From the human T2T-CHM13v2.0 reference genome, Homo sapiens: a stretch of 64,000 nucleotides of DNA. This document shows positions 37,480-49,994 of this stretch, piece by piece. Below the pieces are notes generated by a model that did not search any database, was not told the DNA's origin, and was given only the letters and a program-made list of their open reading frames with translations. The stretch is from assembly GCF_009914755.1 (NCBI RefSeq), contig NC_060928.1; one strand, written 5' to 3'. The position numbers and the translations under genes are program-made. The number at the start of each line of letters is the position of its first letter. The first letter of the stretch is position 1.

Positions 37480-39110
37480 CTAAACTGGCTCAAGTCTGGA
37501 CATTGATTGAGGGGCAGTGGCTCTGTTTTTATCATTTAAATTAGCCTTTTGTTCATTTGACCTGGAAGTTTTCTTCTTATATAAATTAAGCAGGAATGCA
37601 GTAAGGTTCCTATCAATTTCACTTCTGGGAACACCGTGATTAATTAGCCAATGCCAGAACTCTACATGAGTCAGACTATTCTGCCTGCTGCCTTGCCTCT
37701 GCTGTCCATTATGGTAGCTATACCCAACTTGCCTTTGATGTTTGAGTGCCGCCACTTGGCCCTGCCACCTCGGGATCTGATTATTCCCATTGTATTTAAA
37801 TTTTGTAGTTGGGTGACTGTAGTCCCTACTGGTAGAGCTGACATACAGAGAAGAGTAATTTTAGGGCTCTTCAGAGATGAAGGTGCTGCCCTCACAAATC
37901 TATTTTGCAAAGCATTGGTCAAGGGTAAATTTTCTAGACCCTCCCAGCTGGGATGAGTAGGTCTAAAGTGACTAATTCACTCTACCATTCCAATCTCCCT
38001 AAGCCTTTGGATCCCTTCCTCTACATTAAACCAAGAGAGATCAGGCATTTCCAGTTGGCTTACAGTGGGCTATTTTTTAATCCATATTTCAGCTAACCAA
38101 GCAAATAAACTATTAGAACCTCTTTTAACTCCCCAAGCCCCAACATTAAATGCAGAATCCCTACTTAGTGGGCTGAAATCAATAAATTCAGCCTGATTTA
38201 ACTCTATGTTACTTCCACCAATAAACCACACCCTTAATATTCATTCTCATGCCTATTCTCTAGATTTCTGCTTATATAAATTAGAAAACATAAGCAGTTC
38301 TTTTCAAGTGTACCACCCCTCCTCATGGGTCACACTCTCAACCTCACCTCTAGGGGCCCACCAGGAATTTAGTCTACTTATAAATTTAGAAGCAAACAGT
38401 GGTGTTGGGGAGAATCAACATTATCTTGCCTGGCAACTGCCTTGAGGGAGGCCATCACTGTTGTCCTAGGCAGCACAGGGTTTATCTCCTCAGACAAAGG
38501 CGGAAATGTTGATGGCAGCATGGGTCGTGGGTTGGGGAGGGGATTATGCCACTACTGGGGATGGAAAAGCTGTTTCTTCTCACAAAAAAGGTTCATCAGA
38601 GTTTAAAAGCTCAGTGTCCCAGCTTCATCAGGGTCTTCCCACACAACCCCATTCCAAGTTGCAGAGTCCCATTCTTTTCCAATCAATACCCTCACTTTAA
38701 CAGTGGACACCTGGTGAGGCTGTCCATACACCTTTTGTTGCAGGTCAGCCACTCGCAAGGTAAGAGCTTGGGTCAGTTTTTCCACAATTTCAGCTTTTTC
38801 TCCACAGGAGATAAGACTCTCACTCAGGGCAATATTAGAAGATTTGAGACTCTGTATCTGCTTCTGAAACCAGGAGTTAGAATCCCTGAGTTCATATTTT
38901 CTTTCATCACTTTGTCCAGTGAACTTAGGAGCAACCAACAAGCTTCATATTATGTTTCTTGGTTCTGCATATATTGTCAAAGGTGTTATGTTCGGAGTCA
39001 CTAAACTCCTTGCCTCTTATGAGCAGTGAATCAAGAGTGTCAAATGCATTTATTTTGCATAACTCTCTAAACAATTCATGCCAAAGACTATCAGTGTTCT
39101 CCATACTATT
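37480..39110 (-). pseudogene. HERV-L gag remnants
   Basis: KVRVLIGKEWDSATWNGVVWED; NALQNRFVRAAPSSLKS; WHWLINHGVPRSEIDR. Confidence 0.85.
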
Positions 39111-39125
39111 TGAAATAGAGGTCAG

Positions 39126-39611
<486 letters not shown>

Positions 39612-39615
39612 AGTT

Positions 39616-40007
39616 CATGAGTTTATTAAGAAGTATTAAACTCACACAATCACAAGGTCCCACAATAGGTTGTCTGCAGGCTGAAGTGCAAGGAAGCCAG
39701 TCTGAGTCCCAACATTGAAGAACTTTAAGTCCAATGTACAAGGGCAGGAAGCATCCAGCATGGGAGAAAGATATAGGCTGGGAAGCTAGGCCAGTCTAGT
39801 CTTTTCATGTTATTCTGCCTGCTTTATATCCTGGCTGTGCTGATAGCTGATTAGATGGTGCCCACCCAGATTAAGGGTGAATCTGCCTTTCCCAGACCAC
39901 TAACTCAAATTTTAATATCCTTTGGCAACACCGTCACAGACACACCCAGGATCAATACTTTGCATCTTTCAATCCAATCAAGTTGACACTCAGTATTAAC
40001 CATCACA
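39616..40007 (-). mobile_element. HERV-L 5' LTR (MLT2A1), 3' portion deleted
   Basis: gagtttattaagaagtattaaactcacac...cagtattaaccatcaca. Confidence 0.92.
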
Positions 40008-40680
40008 ACTTCCAATTTTGATATTTCAAATAGTACTCTACATTTCATAAACTGCTTTTTATATCTATTCTGACACTTTAAGAATTTCATACCATAGAAA
40101 TTAATCTTATCAAATGATAATTCTTATGCTCAATATCACTAATCATCACAGAAATACAAAGCAAAACCACAATGAGAGTTCATCTTACTGGAGTCAGAAT
40201 GTCTGTTATTGAAAAGTCAAAAAGAAAAAACAAAAAAAACAAAAAAACAAAAAACAGATGTTGGCAAGGATGTGGAGAAAAGGAAATTCTTAGACACTGC
40301 TGGAAGGAATGTAAACTAGTACAGCCACTAAGAAAAACAGTATGGATATTTTTCAAAAAACTAAAAGCAGAATTATCATTCAATTCAGCAATCCCACTAC
40401 TCGGTATCTACCCAAAAGAGAAGAAATTGGTATAACAAAGGGATACCTATACCCCATGTTTATTGCAGCACTATTCACAAGAGCAAAGATATGGGATCAG
40501 CCTAGGTGTCCATCAAGGGATGAATGGATGAAGAAAACGTAATATAAATACACAATGGAATATTCTTTAGCTATTAAAAAGAGAATAAAATCATGTCCTT
40601 TGCAGAAACATGGATGAAACTGGAGGTCATTATCTTCAGTGAAATAAACCATGCATAAAAAGTCAAGCATTGCATGTTAT

Positions 40681-41259
40681 TGTAAGTAGCTTAACTCCAA
40701 AATGCATTTTAAAACATTTTTTCCCTTTTCTCTTTTCTTCCTATTCTCCATCTAACCTTGAAACAAACTGCAGAAGCTTTTCTTCTTAACCTTAAAATAG
40801 ATTTCATATCCCTCCCTTGCACACTGTATATTTCCTTCACATTTATCTAACTGTATGCTAGTATCTAATTATGTGCTTACTTAGATGTTCCGGTTGCTAA
40901 TCTTGAAATACACAGACTAAGCCTGGAGACCTAGCCTGCAAAAAGGGCATCTAGTCAACAACCCAGCCACTCTTGAGATGTTGCCAGCAGGCACTTCAGG
41001 TGAACTGAAACCTAAGATAAGCCACCGAAGAAAGACACACAGACCTTGTACTCAGCACAATTCCTGCATGCCTCATATAACAAGTTTCCCTTTTTAATCC
41101 CTTGCCTTCTCCCCAGAAATTTCAAGTGGTTACTTTGGATGTAACTCTGGCCACTTTCACATTACTAGTTTTGATAAAAAGTCACTTTCTTCCTATGATA
41201 CTTCACTCTTGTTACCTGGCTCTGCAAGTGCTGAGTGCCTGGACCTGCATTTGGTTACA
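40681..41259 (+). mobile_element. ERV1 MER4-group solo LTR (LTR29/MER49-like)
   Basis: TG...CA ends (tgtaagtagcttaactccaaaatgcatttt...gcatttggttaca); 4-bp TSD ttat/ttct. Confidence 0.75.
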
Positions 41260-41264
41260 TTCTC

Positions 41265-41378
41265 TCTTTTTTTTTTTTAATTATACTTTAAGTTCTAGGG
41301 TACATGTGCACAATGTGCAGGTTTGTTACATATGTATACATGTGCCATGTTGGTGTGCTGCACCCATTAACTCCTCAT
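41265..41378 (-). mobile_element. Severely 5'-truncated L1PA (PA4/5-like)
   Basis: polyT-ttatactttaagttctagggtacatgtgcac; TSD ttacattctc (41255-41264, 41379-41388). Confidence 0.9.
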
Positions 41379-43144
41379 TTACATTCTCATGTATATGTGG
41401 GCGCTAAAAAGATTTGAACACATGGAGGTGGAGAGTGGAAAAATAGATCAGATATTGGGAAGCCTGAGTAGAGGGGAGGGGAAAGGATGAAAATAAATGT
41501 GCTAAAAGGCAGAAACATACAGTAAGAAGGAATAAATCCAATGTTTGATAGCACAGCAGGTTGACTATACTTAAAAATAAATTGTACTTGGGCAATGATA
41601 TCCTAAATAACCCCCCTTGATCACTATGCATTCAACTCATCTAAAAGTCTTCTCATGTACCACATAAATTTGCACAAATAAAAAAGGAAATAAAAAATTT
41701 TATCATTAAATTTAATCTTATTAAATAATAGTTTTTAGCATTGAAGTGCAGAGCTTGAAAACTCACTAGTCCCTAAGAACTTCGATTATTGTACCACATA
41801 ATAATTTGCTTAGAGAATTGCTTGGTTTACAGTTATTGTACTTTGTGATTAAAATTAGGATTACTTAATCTATATCTTCATTCCATTTGTCATCACAACT
41901 TATTTCTGTTTCCTTCATCACGATGCAGTGAAAATGATACTGATCACATACATATTCAGAATACACAGCTTTGCATTCTGGTTTTACAAATAGCTAATTC
42001 TGTTTTCTGATCACTAAACCATAGCACTGTTATAAGGATTAGAAGAGATCACATCTATTAAACTGTGCCTTGTCAATTGTAAAGCCTTATAAAAGAACAG
42101 TTAATAACTTTTACAATCAGGATCTGTATCTTCCTGAAGGAGTATGGCTGCCAAAAGCAGACTAGATTGGTTTATGCAGAAATGAAGGAATTGCATGGCA
42201 TTGAACTACTACAGTATCCTTCTAGAGTTTTCAAAATTATTTCCATTGTCAGATATTGATATCAAAAAATTTGAGATGCTAAATATGTTGCCAGGTGTCC
42301 TAAGATACTATTTTCCTATTCACCACATTTAAAACATAATAAATGTAGGAATTTAGTAACTTATGATGAAAAACAGAGTGGCAACTGGAATAAGGTTCAT
42401 TTCTTTTAAATTTAAGTCTGTTGATCTCTATTTACAATTAATATATAGAAATAGATATTTATATATCAAGATGAAATAATCCAACATGTATAGCTGCATC
42501 ACTGAATACTCTCCCATCTTTCAGCAATGGCTATATTCACACAATGCTCGCTTCTTAGCCAAAACAGATAAATTGCGAGGACTGTCCTTATACATAGAAT
42601 CCAACTATAGTTTAGGAAAACACTAGCCTATAGGATGAAATACAATTCTATGATATAAAATGTCACAATAAATTTCTCTAGAAAAAAATCCATTTCTTTT
42701 AACAATGCAAATTTAAATATTTCTTTGTATAACCCATTCTCTCAAAAAAATCTCAAATTTTGTAAAGCATTAAGGATATAAACTAAAAGTCATTTTCTTT
42801 GAAATAAATTGTATCTTAAACAAATGACCCACTGGTTAATTGACCAATTTGTTTCTAAAGCTCAAATGAATCAGATGTACCAGTGATAGGGTACAGGGCT
42901 AAAAATTAGCAGAACTTATTATTTTATATTATTATGTCTATTCTCAACTCTGCTCTTTGCTGCACTTTTTCTATCAATATGTAGATGGAGAGAGAAGATA
43001 AGTGACTCCAAACTTTTTCAATTTATATTTTAAGTGTTTGGGAAGCAGACACAGGAACTTCTGTTGCCCTAAGAACAGTGTAAATAATGACAATAACTAT
43101 TGAAGGCAGAAATTCGGGAAATGTTATGGTTACACGATCCTCCC

Positions 43145-43520
43145 TGAGGCATGAAAATAGGGTCTGAAGGCAGGAAACATAAGGCGGATTCACACTTCAG
43201 CTATGACAGGAACTATCCTCTCCATTTGCATAGGGCGTTCCCTGAGTAAATGACTTTGTAACTTTACTTCATCCTCTTCATTTACATAGGGCATATACCA
43301 AGTAACCAATGGAAACCTCTACAGTGTATTAAATCCCCCCAAAATTCTGTACGGGGCCCTCGAGCCCCTATGCTTGGGCCCGCTCCCAAACTGTGGAGCG
43401 TACTTTCATTTTCAATAAGTTTCTGCTTTTGTTGCTTCATTCTTTCCTTGCTTTGTTTGTATGTTTTGTCTGATTCTTTGTTCAAGACACCAAGAACCTG
43501 GTCACCATCCACTGGTAACA
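43145..43520 (+). mobile_element. MER51-family solo LTR (ERV1)
   Basis: tgaggcatgaaaatagggtctg...ccactggtaaca; perfect TSD CTCCC. Confidence 0.85.
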
Positions 43521-43767
43521 CTCCCCACGTGGTGTGAGTCAAGCAAAATCTCAGATAAATTTAGAGAGAGACTTTCACAAAACTTTACAAGCCAAATTTA
43601 CTCTCCAAATTGTAACTCCATTTCAACGTAGCTACACTGAGTTGAAGCTAAAGGAAATATCTCTTGGAATAACATTTAAGAATCACCTCATTGTTAATGA
43701 TTTATCTTTGATCCTGGTGCCTCTTCACTAGCATTACATTGGAATTTTATATTCTTTAGCATCTGAT

Positions 43768-44459
43768 TGAAAGGAGGGGCCAGCTAGGCTTCCTGGGTAG
43801 AGTAGGGGCTCAGAAAGCTGTGAAACTCACTCATTTCCTGCATCAGGACTTACTTTGGTCCTGGATGAATAATATTGAAGACATATGCTTAAAATATTCC
43901 TAATATCAGAATTTGTGCATGTGTTTTCTTCCCCAAGAAAGCTATAAACAGTGAAAATTTTGCTGTAAGCTTCCCTGTGTCCTCTCTCCCTCTCTCTCTT
44001 CCCCCTCCCCTGAAACTAAAATGAATGTTAATTGCCCATTTGTCTGTGACCAGTGGACCTTATCTATGCTTCCAATTCCAATTCCTTGTAAACATACTTT
44101 GTAAAGTCCTGTGAGATCCTGTCTCCTTTGCCGATGCAGGGTCATAAAGTAGATAAAACCTAAGTTGCAATTCTGGTTTTCCTCAAGATCTGAGACATGT
44201 TAATTGTCTTTGTTTCTCGCTCTGGTAACATCTGCCCACCTCACGTATTTCCTGCCTTAAAGAGTTTAAAAGGTGATTGAAGAATGTAACACTGGCTACC
44301 GCTCGGGACCTCTTCCATGCTGTGGAAGCTTTGTACTGTCACTCTGCTCAATAAAGCCTATGGCTTTTTTTGCTCTTGGTCAGTGTCTCCATCATTCCCC
44401 ATGGGCAGCCACCTCACCAATTATTTGGCGTGGCTAAGGCAAGAACCTTTGGCATTACA
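43768..44459 (+). mobile_element. LTR30 solo LTR (ERV1)
   Basis: tgaaaggaggggccagctaggcttcctgggtagagtaggggctcagaaagc...ggcattaca; AATAAA present; perfect 4-bp TSD TGAT. Confidence 0.85.
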
Positions 44460-44622
44460 TGATGAGAAACAAATTCACTGTGCACTTTCTAAAAATGTCT
44501 GTCCAGTGAAACAGGACGCACTTATCCACAAGGTACACGAAGCAAATTTACTAAGTACAGATAGCCAGCAAAGGACAACGGAAGCCTAGTGTTACCGGGG
44601 GTCCTTGCTCACAGAGCTTCCA

Positions 44623-45330
44623 GCGAGGTATGCAGTGGTCAGTGATAATGGAATCCTTGAAAGTAATCCCCTCACTCCAGGAACTAGTGCTCAGCTGGCA
44701 GAATAGCCCTCACTCAGGCACTAGAATTAGGAGAAAGGAAAAGGGTAAATACATATACAGACTCTAAGTATGCTTACCTAGTCCTCCATGCCCATGCAGC
44801 AATATGGAGAGAAAGGGAATTCCTAACTTCTGAGGGAACACCTATCAAACATCAGGAAGCCATTAGGAGATTATTATTGGCTGTATAGAAACCTAAAGAG
44901 GTGGCGGTCTTACTGCTGGGGTCATCAGAAAGGAAAGGAAAGGAAAATAGAAGAGAACCGCCAAGCGGATACTGAAGCCAAAAGAGCCACAAAGCAGGAC
45001 CCTCCATTAGAAATGCTTATAGAAGGGCCCCTAGTATGGGGTAATCCCCTCTGGGAAACCAAGCCCCAATACTCAGGAGGAGAAATAGAATGGGGAACCT
45101 CATGAGGACATAGTTTTCTCCCCTCAGGATGGCTAGCCACCAAAGAAGGAAAAATCCTTTTGCCTGCAGTTAACCAATGAAAATTAGTTAAAACCCTTCA
45201 ACATACCTTTCACTTAGGCATTGATAGCACTCATCAGATGGCCACATTTTTATTTACTGGACCAGGGCTTTTCAAAACTATCAAGCAGATAGTCAGGACC
45301 TGTAAAGTGTGCCAAAGAAATAATCCCCTG
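44623..45330 (+). pseudogene. HERV-W pol fragment (RNase H to integrase zinc finger)
   Basis: Translates in pieces as YAVVSDNGILESNPLTPGTSAQLAE, YTDSKYAYLVLHAHAAIWRER, TFHLGIDSTHQMA, CKVCQRNNP. Confidence 0.9.
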
Positions 45331-45353
45331 CACTGCAAGCCATACATTTCAAT

Positions 45354-45644
45354 CCCTGTATCTTTAACTTCCTTGTTAAGTTTGTCTCTTCCAGAATCGA
45401 AGATGTAAAACTACAAATCGTTCTTCAAATGGAGTCCCAGATGCAATCCATGACTAAGATCTACCACGGACCCTTGGACTGGCCTACTAGCCCATGCTCT
45501 GATGTTAATGACATCAAAGTCACCCCTCCTGAGGAAATCTCAACTGCACCACCCCACTACGCCCCAATTCAGCACGAAGCAGTTAAAGCGGTCATCGGCC
45601 AACCTCCCCAGCAGCATTTGGGTTTTCCTGTTGAGAGGTGGGAA
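45354..45644 (+). pseudogene. HERV-W env cytoplasmic-tail fragment and polypurine tract
   Basis: ORF 45429..45647 MESQMQSMTKIYHGPLDWPTSPCSDVNDIKVTPPEEIST is homologous to the syncytin-1 C-tail; PPT gagaggtgggaa. Confidence 0.9.
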
Positions 45645-46434
45645 TGACAGACAAGACTAGCTAGATTTCCTAGGCTGACTAAGAATCCCTAAGCCTAGCT
45701 GGGAAGGTGACCATTTCTACCTTTAAACACAGGGCTTGCAACTTAGCTCACACATGACCAATCAGATAGTAAGGAGAGCTCACTAAAATGCTAATTAGGC
45801 AACAACAGGAGGTAAAGAAATAGCCAATCATCTGTTGCCTGAGAGCACAGTGGGAGGGACAATGATCTGCATATAAACCCAGGCATTCCAGCCGGCAATG
45901 GCAACACCCTTTGGGTCCCCTCCCCTTGTATGGGAGCTCTGTTTTCATTCTATTTCACTCTATTAAATCTTGCAACTGCACTCTTCTGGTCCATGTTTGT
46001 TACAGCTCGAGCTGAGCTTTCGCTTGCCGTCCACCACTGATGTTTTGCCACTGTCGCAGACCCACCACTGACTTCCATTCTTCTCGATCCAGCAGGGTGT
46101 CCGCTGTGCTCCTGATCCAGCGAGGTGCCCATTGCCACTCCTGATTGGGCTAAAGGTTTGCCATTGTTCCTGCATGGCTAAGTGCCTGGGTTTGTCCTAA
46201 TCGAGCTGAACACTAGTCACTGGGTTCCACAGTTCTCTTCCGTGACCCACAGCTTCTAATAGAGCTATAACACTCACCACATGGCCCAAGATTCCATTCC
46301 TTGGAATCCGTAAGGCCCAGAACCCCATGTCAGAGAATACGAGGCTTGCCACCATCTTGGAAGCGGCCCGCCACCATCTTGGAAGAGGCTCGCCACCATC
46401 TTGGAAGCTCTGTGAGCAAGGACCCCCAGTAACA
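45645..46434 (+). mobile_element. LTR17, complete U3-R-U5
   Basis: tgacagacaagactagctagatttcctagg...; CCAAT boxes, TATAAA at ~45872, ATTAAA polyA signal at ~45962; ends cagtaaca. Confidence 0.95.
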
Positions 46435-47241
46435 CTAGGACTCATTGTGAACTGGTCCTCCAATCTTCAGAAAGCTGCCTAGGGTGGATGGAGTCTCAAA
46501 TGTGTGTGCCCCACTTGCGCTGCCAGTGAGGGACTCCAAAAGGAAGCCTGTTCAGGGTTACATGCCTCAGGAAAAATGTGACTCACTGGGTAAAGCTTTG
46601 AGGGATATCCTGCTTCTATGGGAGACAGGAACAAAGCCCAGATGTCCTGGTCTTTTCTTCCCTATCTCAGGATAAGGGGATAGGGTGATAGGGTGAACTG
46701 TCCTGGGTAGTTCTTCCCTGTCTCAGGATATTTCATTGTTTGTTAGCACATTCTACAATTACTCTCAGAACTCTACACAAGTAGGCGAGGGGAGAGAAAG
46801 ATGGTTGGCTAAGGCTATCCAGAGACCAACCAACATCTGAATTTACAGAAATCGTGGCACATAGATCCTTTCCTCATATCCAGCCTCCATAAGGCAGCAG
46901 GATACTGAGGCATGACATGAAAAGTCAAACAGAGAAACGTGAAAAGCTATCTTTGTTCATTGGGCAAGGAAATACTGAAGGAAGAGTCAATTTTGTTTAT
47001 TACAGAAGGAGAAGGAGCTGAAATATTGCTGAATTTTGGAATATCTATAATTGGAGTCTATATGCTTAACTGATGAGCCAAGGATATACTCTATATTATA
47101 CCAAGTGCCATAAAAATTATTATAATAAAAATAACAACTTTTGAGCATAATGATATTTTATGTTAGGCCCTTGTAGCATTGTATAGTAGAACAAGCACTG
47201 AGATAAAATGGGAGAACAGGTTCTATTACCAACCAAATCTT

Positions 47242-48742
47242 TTATTTTTTTAATATTTATTATTATTTTTTAAATATATATTTTAAGTTCCGGGATACAT
47301 CTGCAGAAAGTGCAAGTTTGTTACATAGGTATACACATGCCATGGTGACTTGCTGCACCCAAAAGCCCGTCACCTACATTAGGTGTTTCTCCTAATACTG
47401 TCCTTCTCCTAGCCCTCCAAGCCCCAAAAGGCCCCAGTGTGTGATGTTCCCCTCTGTGTGTCCATGTGTTCTCATTGTTCAACTCCCACTTATGAATGAG
47501 AACATATGGTGTTTGGTTTTCTGTTTCTGTGTTAGCTTGCTAAGAATGATGGTTTCCAGCTTCATCAATGTCCCTGCAAAGGATATGAACTCATCCTTTG
47601 TTATGACTGCATAGTATTCCGTGGTTTATATGTGCCACATTTTCTTTATCCAGTCTATCATTGATGGGTATTTGGGTTGGTTCCAAGTCTTTGCTGTTGT
47701 GAATAGTGCTGCAATAAATATAAGTGTACATGTGTCTTTATAGTAGAATGATGATTTGTAATCCTTTGGGTATATACTCAGTAAAGGGGTTGCTGGGTCA
47801 AATGGTATTTCTGGTTCTAGATCCTTGAGGAATCGCCATAGTGTCTTCCACAATGGTTGAACTAATTTGAATTCCCACCAACAGTGTAAAAGTGTTCCTA
47901 TTTCTCCCCATCCTCTCCAGTATCTGTTGTTTCCTGACTTTTTAATGATCACCATTCTAACTGGTGTGAAATGGTATCTCATTATGATTTTGATTTCCAT
48001 TTCTCTCATGACCAGTGATGGTGAACTTTTTTTCATGTAACTGTTGGCCACATAAGTGTCTTCTTTTGAGAAGTGTCTGTTCATATCTTTTGGCCACTTT
48101 TTGATGAGGTTGTCTGTTTTTTTCTTGTAAATGTTTTTAAGTTCCTTGTAGATTCTGGATATTAGCCATTCATCAGATGGATACATTGCAAAAATTTTCT
48201 CCCATTCTATAGGTTGCTTGTTCACTCTGATGATAGTTTCTTTTGCTGTGCAGAAGCTCTTTACTTTAATTAGATCCCATTTGTCAATTTTGGCTTTTGT
48301 TGCCATTGCTTTTGGTATAGCCAAGACAATCCTAAGCAAAAAGAACAAAGCTGGAGGTATCACGCTACCTGGCTTCAAACGATACTACAAGCCTACAGTA
48401 ATCAAAACTGCATGGTACTAGTACCAAAACAGATATATAGACCAATTGAACAGAAGAGAGGCCTCAGATATAACGCCACACATATGCAACCATCTGATCT
48501 TTGACAAATCTGACAAAAGCAAGTAATGGGGAAAGGATTCCCTATTTAATAAATGGTGTTTGGTAAACTGGCTAGCCACATGCAGAAACTGAAACTGGAC
48601 CCCTTCCTTACATCTTATACAAAAATTAACTCAAGATTTATTAAAGACCTCAATGTAAGACCTAAAACCATAAAAACCCTAGAAGAAAACCTAGGCAGTA
48701 CCGTTCAGGACATAGGCATGGGCAAAGACTTCATGACTAAAA
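47242..48742 (-). mobile_element. L1PA7-like insertion with 5' inversion (antisense 47242-48316, sense 48317-48742), inside a MIR
   Basis: ORF 47626..48378 switches to genuine ORF2 at [17 protein letters not shown]; degenerate 15-bp TSD taccaaccaaatctt / tagcagcctaatctt. Confidence 0.93.
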
Positions 48743-49994
48743 TAGCAGCCTAATCTTAAACAGGCATATGACCTGGGAAAGTCAGTTAATCTTTATGGAC
48801 TATATCCATACAATAAAATGAAGTCAGGAGAAAGACTGGGCAAATTCTGAGGCTTAAAGCTTAAAACATATAGCTCATTTTCCTTCTCCCTCACAGTTGG
48901 CACTCTATTTTACACTTTCTTTTCTCTACTTGCATATTGGGAAATTATCAGAGCTTCATCACCGCATTTTCTCTATATTCATTTCCTCCTCATCCTGTGC
49001 AATTTGAATTATGCCACTCCATTGAAACTGTATTCTTGATAGTTTACCTGAATGTTTCCCCAGTATCTTCACATGCTCTTTATCCTGGGTTTCATAGGTA
49101 TTTGAAAATTGTAATGATTAATTTTATTACATCCTATCCTTCCATTTATACATTTGTACCATTATATTATAAGTGGTTTTGACTGAACCTTCTATTACTT
49201 TCCTATATTACTCCCACATCTCCTAAAAAAGTGTGTGGGATATGTTTGTGGGTTAATAATTATTTGCTGAAATGTCAGTGTTGTTGGACTTTGTGGGTCT
49301 TATTCTTTGGACCATTGGGTTTGAGTGGTACATTCAAAGCCCTAATAATAATATCAATATTATTTGGTTCATATAATAAATATGTTCTTTACACTCTAAA
49401 AATGTTCTGTAGTTTATTCAAAGTTACTAATATTGTGGATATTTGGAAAAAATATAAATTTTCTTTTGTGTTAGATCACTAACTGTGATATCATGGTACT
49501 GCATATTTTGGCTTTTACTTGAGACTCAAATATTCTCTTTTATTTAATATACAAAGAATCAAATAAATACTTAGCTATATCAGTATCAGCAAATAAAAAA
49601 GAGACAATTGCCAATGTACAAAAGAACAGCATAGACTTTAAATGTATTTATATGGTCAGGAATGTATACTAATTAATTATCAGAAATTAGTGGAATATTA
49701 TAATTTTAAAAGGTGATAACTGTCCAAGTAATATCAACTCTTTCATCTTTCACTCAACACATTCCTATCTACCTTTAGGAGGACAACAGGATGAGAGTTC
49801 GAATTAAGTATATTCAAACTGAATTTACATTAAGTAGAAAGAGTGATGGAGTTAAATTTAGAAACATAATCGTGTTAAATGTACATGCCAACCTGTGGGG
49901 TAACATGGACAGCCAGAAAAGAAATAGAAAGGCTTTTGACTCACTCTCGTTTTCAGCATGTAGCTTGGATCTTCATTCTGTACTCTAAAGGGTT

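Larger units (their letters stand above)
40127..41690 (+). mobile_element. L1MA1/L1PB4-like 3' portion, interrupted
   Basis: ORF 40172..40435 [26 protein letters not shown] (ORF2 C-terminal cysteine-rich region); 3' UTR ends cataaatttgcacaaataaaaaa. Confidence 0.88.
44590..46434 (+). mobile_element. HERV-W (HERV17) derivative: inverted U5 tip, pol fragment, env tail, full 3' LTR17
   Basis: 33-bp terminal inverted repeats (44590-44622, 46402-46434); CTAG on both flanks; no 5' LTR, PBS or gag. Confidence 0.93.
44500..46835 (-). mobile_element. Older ERVL-type LTR (MER54/MER73/MER74 group) split by the HERV-W insertion (44500-44589 and 46435-46835)
   Basis: Sequence reads through as gaagcctag|gactcattgtgaactgg; internal repeat ttcttccct.tctcaggata. 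Confidence 0.6.

Noticed and set aside
34167-38941. Functional retroviral gag/pol or a domesticated gene
   Set aside because: Split into many short ORFs, with the protease active site mutated
45429-45647. Syncytin-1 (ERVW-1) gene
   Set aside because: Only a frameshifted cytoplasmic-tail fragment is present; SU and most of TM are deleted
44590-46434. HERV-W as an L1-processed pseudogene or as a DNA transposon
   Set aside because: It keeps a full U5 with no polyA tail or long TSD; the inverted repeats are LTR-derived and there is no transposase
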